From an uncultured Clostridia bacterium (GTDB lineage: Bacteria > Bacillota > Clostridia > Christensenellales > CAG-138), in contig CAMOGJ010000009.1 of the NCBI GenBank assembly GCA_946614035.1, positions 586-64,585 on the forward strand: 64,000 nt of DNA, written 5' to 3'. This document shows, one piece after another, positions 18,062-25,877 of this stretch. A program made the translations under genes and the position numbers. The notes beneath the pieces are model-generated. The model worked only from the letters and a program-made list of their open reading frames with translations, was not told the DNA's origin and did not search any database. Numbering within the stretch: the stretch's first letter is position 1; every line of letters begins with the position of its first letter.

Positions 18062-19192
18062 ATGACAAAAATCGATATTTTCAGCGGCTTTTTAGGCGCA
18101 GGCAAGACGACGCTGATCAAGAAGATGATCGCCGAGAGTTTCAAGGGCGAGCAGCTCGTTCTGATCGAAAATGAGTTCGGCGAGATCGGCATCGACGGTG
18201 CGTTTCTGCAGGAAGCGGGCATCGAGATCACGGAGATGAACTCCGGCTGCATCTGCTGCTCGCTCGTCGGCGACTTCTCCAAGGCATTGAAAAAGGTGCT
18301 CGCCGAGTTCCATCCGGACCGCATCCTGATCGAGCCGTCCGGCGTCGGCAAGCTTTCCGACATCAAGGCGGCGGTCAGCGGCGTTCTCAACGACGAGGTT
18401 GTGATCAACAGCTGCGTCGCAGTCGTCGATGCCAAGAAGGCGCGCGTCTACCGCAAGAACTTCGGCGAATTCTATGTGAACCAGATCGAGTCCGCCGACT
18501 GCGTCGTGCTTTCGCGTTCGCAGGACGTTTCCGAGGAGCGCCTCAAGGAGGTGCTCGACATGGTGCGCGAGCTGAATCCCGAAGCGACGGTCGTTGCCGC
18601 GCCGTGGGATACGCTCACCGGCGCCGATCTGCTTTCCGCGATCGAAAAGAGCGATTCTCTGAAAGCGTCGCTCGAAGCGCTGAAAGCCGAGCATCATCAC
18701 CATCACGACGAGGAAGAGTGCGACGATCCGGAATGCGAGTGCCACCACCATCACGACGATGACGACGAGGACGAGCACGAGCATCATCATCACCACCATC
18801 ACGATGAGGACGAGTGCGACGATCCGGAATGCGAGTGCCATCATCATCACGACGATGACGACGACGAGCACGAACATCACCATCATCATCACCACCATCA
18901 CGGACACGACGCGGACGAGGTCTTCGCAAGCTGGGGCTTTGAGACGATGCACAAGTTCACCGAGGACGAGCTCAAAGAGAAGATCGCCGCGCTCGACGAC
19001 GAAGCGAAGTTCGGCGCAGTCCTTCGCGCAAAGGGCGTTCTGCCCGCGGCGGACGGCGAACGGTGGATTCACTTCGACCACGTACCCGGCGAGGTTGAGA
19101 TCCGCCGCGGTCCTGCGGGCGTGATCGGCCGTCTCTGCGTGATCGGTTCGAAGATCAACGAGGACGCGCTCAAGGCGCTCTTCGGGGAGTAA
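18062..19192 (+). CDS. G3E-family GTPase, COG0523/CobW-like metallochaperone with His/Asp/Cys-rich insert
   Basis: P-loop GFLGAGKTT and the CxCC motif GCICCS. An ~80-aa His/Asp/Cys-rich insert (HHHHHDEEECDDPECECHHHH..) precedes a CobW_C-like tail. Confidence 0.85.
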   Translation: MTKIDIFSGFLGAGKTTLIKKMIAESFKGEQLVLIENEFGEIGIDGAFLQEAGIEITEMNSGCICCSLVGDFSKALKKVLAEFHPDRILIEPSGVGKLSDIKAAVSGVLNDEVVINSCVAVVDAKKARVYRKNFGEFYVNQIESADCVVLSRSQDVSEERLKEVLDMVRELNPEATVVAAPWDTLTGADLLSAIEKSDSLKASLEALKAEHHHHHDEEECDDPECECHHHHDDDDEDEHEHHHHHHHDEDECDDPECECHHHHDDDDDEHEHHHHHHHHHGHDADEVFASWGFETMHKFTEDELKEKIAALDDEAKFGAVLRAKGVLPAADGERWIHFDHVPGEVEIRRGPAGVIGRLCVIGSKINEDALKALFGE

Positions 19193-19197
19193 TCGCC

Positions 19198-20139
19198 ATG
19201 ATGCTTCCGGTCTTTCTATTCACGGGATTCCTCGATTCCGGCAAGACGACGTTTCTGCAGTCGATGCTGGAGGACCCCGCCTTCAACGAGGGACAGCGCA
19301 CGCTGGTGATCCTCTGCGAGGAGGGCGAGGAGGAACTCGATCCGAAGCGCTTTTCGATCAACAACGTCACGATCCACACGGTTGCGGACCAATCCGAGCT
19401 GACCCAGGGCAACATGATCCTGTGGGGACGCAAGGCCGCGGCGTCGCGCATCATGATCGAGTACAATGGCATGTGGCAGATGAACGATCTCTTCGACCGC
19501 CTGCCGGAGAACTGGGGCATCGCGCAGGAAACGATGATGGTCGACGCGTCGACGATCGGCGCGTTCAACCAGAATATGCGTCAGCTCGTCGTGGACAAGC
19601 TGAACACCGCGGAGCTCGTCATCTTCACGCGCGTCGAGCCGGAACAGGATCGCATGGAACTGCACAAATTGGTGCGCGGCGTATCGCGCGGTGCGCAGAT
19701 CGTCTACGACCTGACCGACGGCACGAGCGAGGAGGACGACATCGAGGATCCGCTGCCGTTCGACATCAACGCGGATGTCATCGAGATCGCGGACCGCGAC
19801 TACGCGCTGTTCTATCGCGACCTTGTCGACGAACCGGGCAAGTATGAGGGCAAGACCGTCCGCTACAAGGGACTTTGCGCAAGCAACATGCGCATGCCGA
19901 AGGACACGTTCCTTGCCGGACGCCACATCATGACCTGCTGCGAGGCGGATATCGCCTACTGCCCGCTTGTGTGCAAGTGGGACCGCGCAAAATCGGTCAA
20001 GCATAAGAGTTGGGGCATCGTCGAGGGACGGATCAACGAGAAGTTCTCGAACATCTACGGCAAGAAGGGACCGGTCATTACGGTGCATGCCTTCGAACCG
20101 GCATCCGAGCCCGAACAGCCGGTTGCAACGTTCTATTAA
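19198..20139 (+). CDS. Degenerate G3E GTPase domain fused to a DUF1980/TIGR03943-like Cys-rich C-terminal domain
   Basis: P-loop GFLDSGKTT but no CxCC. The C-terminus has RHIMTCCEADIAYCPLVC. Family names recalled from memory. Confidence 0.6.
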   Translation: MMLPVFLFTGFLDSGKTTFLQSMLEDPAFNEGQRTLVILCEEGEEELDPKRFSINNVTIHTVADQSELTQGNMILWGRKAAASRIMIEYNGMWQMNDLFDRLPENWGIAQETMMVDASTIGAFNQNMRQLVVDKLNTAELVIFTRVEPEQDRMELHKLVRGVSRGAQIVYDLTDGTSEEDDIEDPLPFDINADVIEIADRDYALFYRDLVDEPGKYEGKTVRYKGLCASNMRMPKDTFLAGRHIMTCCEADIAYCPLVCKWDRAKSVKHKSWGIVEGRINEKFSNIYGKKGPVITVHAFEPASEPEQPVATFY

Positions 20140-20155
20140 ACATAGCCAAAAGCAC

Positions 20156-20183
20156 AAAAGCGCTCCTTTTGGGAGCGCTTTTC
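20156..20183. terminator. Bidirectional intrinsic terminator
   Basis: AGCGCTCC-TTTT-GGGAGCGCT hairpin flanked by A- and T-runs, between convergent genes. Confidence 0.7.
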
Positions 20184-20191
20184 GTTTGTCC

Positions 20192-21856
20192 TTACGGCTG
20201 CACGGTAAAGAGCAGCGCCGCGTCCGGATATGCGGTCAATTCGCCGTTGCATTCGACGTGCTCGGCGTCCGGCGCGACAAGCTGCACGTTCGGTTCGAGC
20301 GGGATGATCTCGCCGTCCGCGCGCATCGCGACGTCGTGCTCCAGAACCGGAATCAGGCGGAAGGCATCGATCGCTTCGATGTCCGCGTACGGGATGCCGG
20401 AGACCCCGACGGTGAGCAGGAACCGGTGCGAGGAAAGCTGCCGCACCGAATAGCCCGCCGTGTAGCGCGCGCCGTTTGCGTCCGCATAGAAGCTGAGCGC
20501 GGACAGGAACGCGTCGCAGACCTGTTCCGACCAGTCGCCCGGAAGCGTCAGCTCCGCCTGCACATCGCGGATGCCGAGCCCGCTGCGGTATCCGCCGGGC
20601 AGCGCCTTGAAGGTCACGTCGGACACATCCGCCTCGATGTTCGTAATCGCCGCGGTTGTCTCGTCATACGGCGTTACGACCCAGTCATGAACCGACAGAA
20701 CCTGCGTCGCATTGCCGAGGGAGACCGGCGCGTCCGGACCGGTCAGATCCTTTTTCGGCAGCGTGTCGATTGCCGTCATGTCGATCACAGCCGTTCCGAT
20801 GTCGGCTTCGAGGAGCGTTTTTCCGCTGTCCGCATCGTTGTCACGATAGCGCAGCGTTGCGCGCAGCATGCCGTCCTCGTCCGTGCGATCGAGCAGGAAC
20901 CGGTAGATGTCGTCGACCTGCACAAGCGCACCGTTTTGCACGACCGGCTCGGCGTTGCTGCCGTTGGGACCGACGATCCGATGGCGCAGAACGCCGGTCA
21001 GCTCCGCATCGGGCGCCCACGAAAGCATGCGCGCATTGAGCTGCTCGCGTACCGCATCCGTATACGGTTCCTCACCGAATTCCGAGATCAGCGACCGTTT
21101 GAATACGCCGAGCTCCGGATTGCCGTCCAGCATGGTGACCGGACCGAGCCAAAGCTCCGTGCCGTCCTCGAAGACCAGTGCATAGCGCGCGCCGAGGTAC
21201 CAATCATAATACGTCTGCGTGCCGTCGCGATACCGCTGCGGCACCTTGCCGTCCTCAAAATACGCCGCAAGCTCGTCAAGCGGGATTGCCTGCGACACGA
21301 GGGTACTGCCGGTAAGCTCATCGAGGACCGGCAGGGTCGTCATGCCCTTGAGCGTGACGGCGATATACAGGTACTCGCCGTCGAACATCGTTTCGCCGAT
21401 CGTGACGGAAAAGTCGTCGGCAATCGCGTTCCAGAGCGGTTCGTCCGCAGTATAGCGGATGCGGTTGTCGGTTACCGAGCCGTTCGGCAGACTGGCAAAC
21501 GCCGGTTCGCCGTTCGCATCGGGACCGGCGGGCGTCACGGAATCGGTCTCGACCGGTTTAACGATCAGCTCGTCGAGCGCTTCGACCGGCGCGCGGCTTT
21601 CGGGGTCCTCGGTCAGATACTGCGCGGGTCGCTCGATACGCAGCCACCGCGCCACCTCGGCTCTCGCCGACGGGATCGCAAGGACGACGCCGCACAGCAG
21701 CACGAGACACGCCGCGATTGGCAGCAGGATCTTCGTCCACGCGACCGGCTTCTTTTGCTTCGCAGGCGCTTCGGAAAGCACCGTGCGGCGAATGGATTCC
21801 TTTTGCATCAGCTCGTTTTCCGCAAAGAAAAGGATCTGTTCGGATGTGTTTTTCAT
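20192..21856 (-). CDS. Anti-sigma-factor-like membrane protein with large ectodomain
   Basis: 554 aa with a single TM (ILLPIAACLVLLCGVVLAI) after a ~40-aa cytoplasmic N-terminus. 4-nt overlap with the upstream sigma gene. Confidence 0.65.
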   Translation of the reverse strand: MKNTSEQILFFAENELMQKESIRRTVLSEAPAKQKKPVAWTKILLPIAACLVLLCGVVLAIPSARAEVARWLRIERPAQYLTEDPESRAPVEALDELIVKPVETDSVTPAGPDANGEPAFASLPNGSVTDNRIRYTADEPLWNAIADDFSVTIGETMFDGEYLYIAVTLKGMTTLPVLDELTGSTLVSQAIPLDELAAYFEDGKVPQRYRDGTQTYYDWYLGARYALVFEDGTELWLGPVTMLDGNPELGVFKRSLISEFGEEPYTDAVREQLNARMLSWAPDAELTGVLRHRIVGPNGSNAEPVVQNGALVQVDDIYRFLLDRTDEDGMLRATLRYRDNDADSGKTLLEADIGTAVIDMTAIDTLPKKDLTGPDAPVSLGNATQVLSVHDWVVTPYDETTAAITNIEADVSDVTFKALPGGYRSGLGIRDVQAELTLPGDWSEQVCDAFLSALSFYADANGARYTAGYSVRQLSSHRFLLTVGVSGIPYADIEAIDAFRLIPVLEHDVAMRADGEIIPLEPNVQLVAPDAEHVECNGELTAYPDAALLFTVQP

Positions 21857-22365
21857 AATGTGTTCTCCTCTCCGAAGGTTGTTCTGAGCTTTTTTCGCAC
21901 GCGCAGAAGCCGGCTCTTGACGGCAGCTTCCGTCGTGTGCAGTTCCGTCGCGATCTCGCCGAGCTTCATGCCGTATCCGTAGTACAGGATGAACATGCGC
22001 TGCGTGGCTTCCGGCTCGTCCCGCATGCGCTGCATGAGCGCGTCGACCGCGGCGCCGTCGAGACTCAAATCCTCAACGGATATCTCGTCCGCCGCGTCCT
22101 CGATCGCTTCGAGCGGAACCGTCCGTTGCCTTGCGCGGAACCGGTAGAATGCCGCGATCTCATGCTTCAATGCGGCAAACAGATACGCTTTGGGATCGCG
22201 GATCGCGCTGCTGCCTTTTTTCAAAAGCGCACGGTAGAACTGCGCATAGGTGTTCTGCAAAAGATCGTGCGCATCCTCCAGCGGGGCTTTGCAAAGGCAA
22301 TAGCGCATCAGCTCGCGAAACGTCGCGTCGTATACGGAATTGAAAACGTCGGTTACATCGTTCAT
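21853..22365 (-). CDS. RNA polymerase sigma-70 family (ECF-type) sigma factor
   Basis: 170 aa. Region 2 (AHDLLQNTYAQFYRAL) and region 4 HTH (MKLGEIATELHTTEAAVKSRLLRVRKKL). Confidence 0.8.
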   Translation of the reverse strand: MNDVTDVFNSVYDATFRELMRYCLCKAPLEDAHDLLQNTYAQFYRALLKKGSSAIRDPKAYLFAALKHEIAAFYRFRARQRTVPLEAIEDAADEISVEDLSLDGAAVDALMQRMRDEPEATQRMFILYYGYGMKLGEIATELHTTEAAVKSRLLRVRKKLRTTFGEENTL

Positions 22366-22438
22366 GGAAACCTCCTTTTGTCACGGCCGTTCACCTATAA
22401 AGAAGGCAGGACCGCGCAAACGGTAGCGGGGAGAAGAG

Positions 22439-22471
22439 AAAAAAAGAGAAAGGGTTTGTTTTCCCTTCCTC
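22439..22471 (-). terminator. Intrinsic terminator after the zinc-ribbon gene
   Basis: Minus strand AGAGGAAGGG-loop-CCCTTTCTCT followed by a T7 run. Confidence 0.6.
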
Positions 22472-22495
22472 TTTCCCGCTTGATTTTGAAACTGT

Positions 22496-22777
22496 TTATC
22501 TGCCGCGGCGCTGTGCAAAGCACTCGGAGCAATAGATCGGCTTGTCGTTTCTCGGCTGGAACGGCACCTTGGTCGGCTTGCCGCATGCTGCGCAAACTGC
22601 GTCGAACATCTCGCGCTGCTGCTGACCGCGTGCTGCGTTCTTGCGTGCCTTACGGCATTCCGGGCAACGGACCGGGTCATTTTTGAAATCGTTTCTTGCG
22701 TAGAATTCCTGCTCGCCGGCGCTGAAAATGAATTCCTTGCCGCAATCCCGGCAAACCAGTGTTCTGTCTTCGTACAT
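22496..22777 (-). CDS. Small zinc-ribbon protein (three Cys pairs: two CxxC, one CxxxC)
   Basis: Start at MYEDRTLVCRDCGKEFIFSAGEQEFY. Contains CRDC..CPEC and CAACG..CSEC. 93 aa with GAAGGGA RBS. Confidence 0.75.
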   Translation of the reverse strand: MYEDRTLVCRDCGKEFIFSAGEQEFYARNDFKNDPVRCPECRKARKNAARGQQQREMFDAVCAACGKPTKVPFQPRNDKPIYCSECFAQRRGR

Positions 22778-23034
22778 GATGTTTTTAGATTCCCTTCGCG
22801 ATTTGGTTATTTTGATACCCGTATCCGGCTGACCTGGTCTTTGACCCCACACGCGCCGGCAGGGGGGTTCGCTCCTAAGCTGTGCTCCCCACTACTGCCC
22901 CTCTCGACGGTTTCCCGCCGGCCGGACTTACTTCTAAGCCGCACCATGCTCACGGACGCTTTGGTCCGCTTACGTGGATCGTTTTGCCTGCGACTGGCTT
23001 CGACTTGCAACCACAGACCCGAATTCGGACATCC
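22778..23034 (-). ncRNA. Unclassified structured 5' leader or ncRNA (~255 nt) upstream of the zinc-ribbon gene
   Basis: No credible ORF on either strand. A good promoter sits at its 5' end. It has a 6-bp stem capped by a GAAA tetraloop (CGGCGG-GAAA-CCGUCG), further hairpins (CGGAC-CAAAGC-GUCCG; CCG-AAUU-CGG) and a repeated GCUUAGRAG motif. No match to an RNA family I know. Confidence 0.45.
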
Positions 23035-23039
23035 TCATC

Positions 23040-23068
23040 AGTATAAACCATTTGCCCGTGAATAGCAA
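23040..23068 (-). promoter_or_regulatory. Promoter of the leader/zinc-ribbon transcript (TTGCTA-17-TATACT)
   Basis: Minus-strand TTGCTA at 23063-23068, 17-nt spacer, TATACT at 23040-23045. Confidence 0.6.
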
Positions 23069-23174
23069 AGGGTTTTTTCAATTATTCAGTAATTTTTTCG
23101 AACACGCACGGTTCCGCCCCAAAATTTGCGTCCCGCCCGTTCAAAGCGCCGTCAACCGGAGCGTTTGCAGGCAG

Positions 23175-23201
23175 CAAAAAAGGCGCGGATCGCGCCTTTT
23201 G
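23175..23201 (-). terminator. Intrinsic terminator after the TIGR01440-like gene
   Basis: AGGCGCG-GAT-CGCGCCT stem. The plus-strand A-run gives a U-run on the minus strand. Confidence 0.55.
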
Positions 23202-23208
23202 ATGCGGG

Positions 23209-23805
23209 TCATTCGTTTGCTTTTCGCTGTACGTGCGCGTCGCTTCCGAGCGGCACGTTGTCGTACTGCGCTCTCGGACCGCCGACGTACTTCGGACGCG
23301 AAAACGCCATGACGAGGTTCGCCTCGCCGATGTGCCGCAGGGGACTGTGCACCGGCACCGCGACGCAATGCAGATGCATGCCGATCAGCGTATCGCCGAT
23401 GTCGATGCCGAGGGTTGCCTGCCCGTTGAGATTCTCGACCATCACCGCGTCGGGAATGCGCGCGTACGCTTCGGTCACGCAGGCACCGCCGGCGTGCAGC
23501 CACGGCTTGACCCAGACCTGCTGGAACCCGTGCTTCTTCATCACGGCGCGGCTCACGCAAAGCGAGCGGTTGATGTGCTCGCAGCCCTGCACCGCAAGGT
23601 CGAGTCCCGCTTCTTCCACGAGCGGCAGCAGCGCGTCGAGCACCGCCTTTGCCGCTTCCTCGCTGGAACCGGAGCCGATGCGCTTTCCGACGATCTCGCT
23701 CGTCGAGCAGCCGAGCACGAGCAGCGTGCCCGGTTCGGGCTTTGCGGCGTTCATCAGAATGCCGAATGCTTCTTTGACCTGTTCGCGGATTTCTGTTTCG
23801 TTCAT
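23209..23805 (-). CDS. TIGR01440/UPF0340 (YwlG-like) family protein
   Basis: GTLLVLGCSTSEIVG..DLAVQGCEHINRSL..GIDIGDTLIGMHL is characteristic of this family. Start at the ATG 6 nt after GAGGTG. Confidence 0.75.
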   Translation of the reverse strand: MNETEIREQVKEAFGILMNAAKPEPGTLLVLGCSTSEIVGKRIGSGSSEEAAKAVLDALLPLVEEAGLDLAVQGCEHINRSLCVSRAVMKKHGFQQVWVKPWLHAGGACVTEAYARIPDAVMVENLNGQATLGIDIGDTLIGMHLHCVAVPVHSPLRHIGEANLVMAFSRPKYVGGPRAQYDNVPLGSDAHVQRKANE

Positions 23806-23900
23806 CTCTATCACCTCTGCTGTTGTTTCGGCGCACCGCGCCGTTTGCTATCCGCCCATGAGTATATCCGCAATTTGCGGCAAAGTCAAGGGCGCGGCGT

Positions 23901-23929
23901 TTGCCAAGCGACGCGAACTGTGGTATACT
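23901..23929 (+). promoter_or_regulatory. mutY promoter (TTGCCA-17-TATACT with TG extension); predicts a leaderless mRNA
   Basis: The -10 ends 7 nt before the mutY ATG and there is no SD between them. Confidence 0.55.
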
Positions 23930-23935
23930 TTGCGC

Positions 23936-24946
23936 ATGAACCCGTTGGACCTGTTAATCGAATGGTACCCCGACCATCACCGCGACCTTCCGTGGCGCAG
24001 CACGCGCGATCCGTATGCGATCTGGATCTCGGAAATCATGCTGCAGCAGACGCGTGTCGCGGCGGTGATCCCGTACTACGAGCGCTTCCTTTCCGAGCTT
24101 CCGAACGTCGCGGCGCTCGCCGCGGTCGACGACGACCGGCTGAACCGGCTGTGGCAGGGGCTTGGCTACTATTCGCGCGCGAAGAACCTGAAGCGGGCGG
24201 CGAACGAGGTGCTGACGCGCTTCTCGGGACGTATGCCGGACACGTACGAAGCGCTTCTGACGCTTCCGGGCATCGGCAGCTATACCGCAGGCGCAATCGC
24301 ATCGATCGCGTTCGGCGAGCGCGTACCCGCCGTGGACGGCAATGTGCTGCGCGTGTATGCAAGGGTCATGAACGATCCGTCGGACATCGGCGACCCCGCG
24401 ACCAAGGCGCGCGTGTTCAAACGGCTTTCGGCGCAGATGCCCGCGCAGGCGGGGACGTGCAATCAGGCGCTGATGGAGCTCGGCGCGACGGTCTGCGTGC
24501 CGAACGGGCAGCCCGACTGCGGCGCCTGTCCGCTCGCGTCCGTGTGCGAGGCAAAAAAGCAGGGCACACAGCGGCTTTTGCCGAACAAGCGTCCCAAAAA
24601 GCCGCGCACGGTCGAGCAGCGCACGGTCTTTGTCCTGTTCGAATCCGGCGCGCCACTGCTGCAGAAGCGCCCGAACAGGGGATTGCTTGCCGGACTGTAC
24701 GAGTTTCCGAACGTGTCCGGCTTCCTTTCGACCGACGAGGCGATGGCCGCTCTGTCCGAATGGAACCTGCATCCGACCGGCGGCGTGCAGCGCTATGACG
24801 CAAAGCACGTCTTTACGCACATCGAGTGGCACATGCGCGTGTACTGCATGGATGTCGCGGGCGAAGGCGCAAAGGCGTTCATCCGCTCGGACGGCACGCA
24901 GTCCATTCCGACCGCGTTTTCCGTGTGCCTGCCCTGCGAACCTTGA
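23936..24946 (+). CDS. mutY: A/G-specific adenine DNA glycosylase MutY
   Basis: DLPWRSTRDPYAIWISEIMLQQTRV, HhH LPGIGSYTAGAI, a 4-Cys cluster (CVPNGQPDCGACPLASVC) and a NUDIX-like C-domain. Only the 3' part of track ORF 23126..24946 is real. Confidence 0.9.
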   Translation: MNPLDLLIEWYPDHHRDLPWRSTRDPYAIWISEIMLQQTRVAAVIPYYERFLSELPNVAALAAVDDDRLNRLWQGLGYYSRAKNLKRAANEVLTRFSGRMPDTYEALLTLPGIGSYTAGAIASIAFGERVPAVDGNVLRVYARVMNDPSDIGDPATKARVFKRLSAQMPAQAGTCNQALMELGATVCVPNGQPDCGACPLASVCEAKKQGTQRLLPNKRPKKPRTVEQRTVFVLFESGAPLLQKRPNRGLLAGLYEFPNVSGFLSTDEAMAALSEWNLHPTGGVQRYDAKHVFTHIEWHMRVYCMDVAGEGAKAFIRSDGTQSIPTAFSVCLPCEP

Positions 24947-25018
24947 CAGACGGAATCGAATCATGATAAACTGTCTTAATCGGCGAAACCCCACATTGAA
25001 AAGAGAGGAAATTACAAA

Positions 25019-25867
25019 ATGAAGAAAATACTGGCTATCGCGCTCTGCGCATTGATGACTCTGTCGGTGCTTGCCTGCACCGCATCGCCCGCGGCGCCCG
25101 CTGCGGATGCGCCGCAAACGGAAGCGACCGCGGCGCCGGTCGAACAGCCGACCGAGGAACCGACTCCCGAACCGACCGAAGAACCCACCCCCGAACCGAC
25201 GCAGAAACCGCTCGAAGCGGCGGATCTGTACGGCATCTGGTCGCTCGACCGGATCGATTACGGCGGAAGCATCCTTGCACCTTCCGACCTCGGCATGGAG
25301 ATGTATCTGGAGTTCCGCGAGGACGGCTCGATGCGTGAACTGCAGGCGTCCTACGGCTCGGTCGAAGAAACGTTCGACACATATGCGGTCGGGGATAACG
25401 CAATCCTGATCGGCACCGGAGACGATTCCGGCGAGCTCGTTTACGATGCGGAGAACCATACGGTCGCGCTTGAGCTCGAAGAGGACGGCAAGCAGATCCG
25501 AATGATCTTTGCGTACACGCCCGATGCGGTTCTGCCCGAAGTGACGTCCGATGGCGTTATTGCGAAGGAAGACCTGATCGGCACCTGGAATACGGTTGGG
25601 GCAACTTTAGGCGAACTCACGCTTACCGCAGAGCAGCTCGGAGATTCAGGCGCGCTGACCCTTATATTCCGCGAAGACGATACGGTGCAAGTGGAATCGA
25701 AGCAATCCGAAGGCGGTGCGGTTTCGTACAGGATCACGGAAACTGCGATCGAAATGTATGTCGGCGAGACGGTTCTGTATGAAGCGACCTACAATGCGGA
25801 GGACGGCACGCTCCGGCTCCTTGAGCCGAACAGCGGCGTAACCTTCATCTTTGAAAAGGAAAACTGA
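25019..25867 (+). CDS. Lipoprotein with repeated lipocalin-like GxW modules
   Basis: Lipobox LSVLAC and a Pro/Glu/Thr linker. Repeated modules LYGIWSLDRIDYGG and LIGTWNTVGATLG. Confidence 0.65.
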   Translation: MKKILAIALCALMTLSVLACTASPAAPAADAPQTEATAAPVEQPTEEPTPEPTEEPTPEPTQKPLEAADLYGIWSLDRIDYGGSILAPSDLGMEMYLEFREDGSMRELQASYGSVEETFDTYAVGDNAILIGTGDDSGELVYDAENHTVALELEEDGKQIRMIFAYTPDAVLPEVTSDGVIAKEDLIGTWNTVGATLGELTLTAEQLGDSGALTLIFREDDTVQVESKQSEGGAVSYRITETAIEMYVGETVLYEATYNAEDGTLRLLEPNSGVTFIFEKEN

Positions 25868-25877
25868 GCATCAAAGT

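Noticed and set aside
16267-18435. Very long antisense ORFs: 16267..18435 (722 aa), 11599..13656 (685 aa), 19967..21982 (671 aa), 44659..46641 (660 aa), 39747..41663 (638 aa), 59487..61328 (613 aa), and many 300-500-aa ones
   Set aside because: They lie opposite genes with clear family motifs. Their Arg/Ala/His/Asp-rich, low-complexity composition is typical of antisense or off-frame reading in GC-rich DNA. They lack ribosome-binding sites.
22778-23080. Assigning the structured region to SRP RNA, 6S RNA, RNase P RNA, tmRNA, or a TPP, cobalamin, FMN, M-box, c-di-GMP or c-di-AMP riboswitch; also a plus-strand RNA ending at the weak hairpin and T6 at ~23048-23078
   Set aside because: It lacks the diagnostic sequences: the SRP helix-8 GGAA/AGCA motif, GAGGAAAGUCC of RNase P, a tRNA-like tmRNA end, CUGAGA of TPP, and the B12 box. 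Only short partial resemblances were seen, such as GUCGAGAG..GGCAGUAG versus M-box and CGUAAGCG versus ydaO. The plus-strand hairpin has a mismatched AT-rich stem and overlaps a much better minus-strand promoter. The region is left unclassified rather than named.
23126-24946. A 606-aa plus-strand ORF apparently covering 23126..24946
   Set aside because: Only the 3' 336 codons (from ATG 23936) show MutY motifs. The 5' part is antisense to the well-supported TIGR01440-like gene. The same logic applies to 37813..39546 (real gene 38668..39546), 3779..5260 and 57857..59404.
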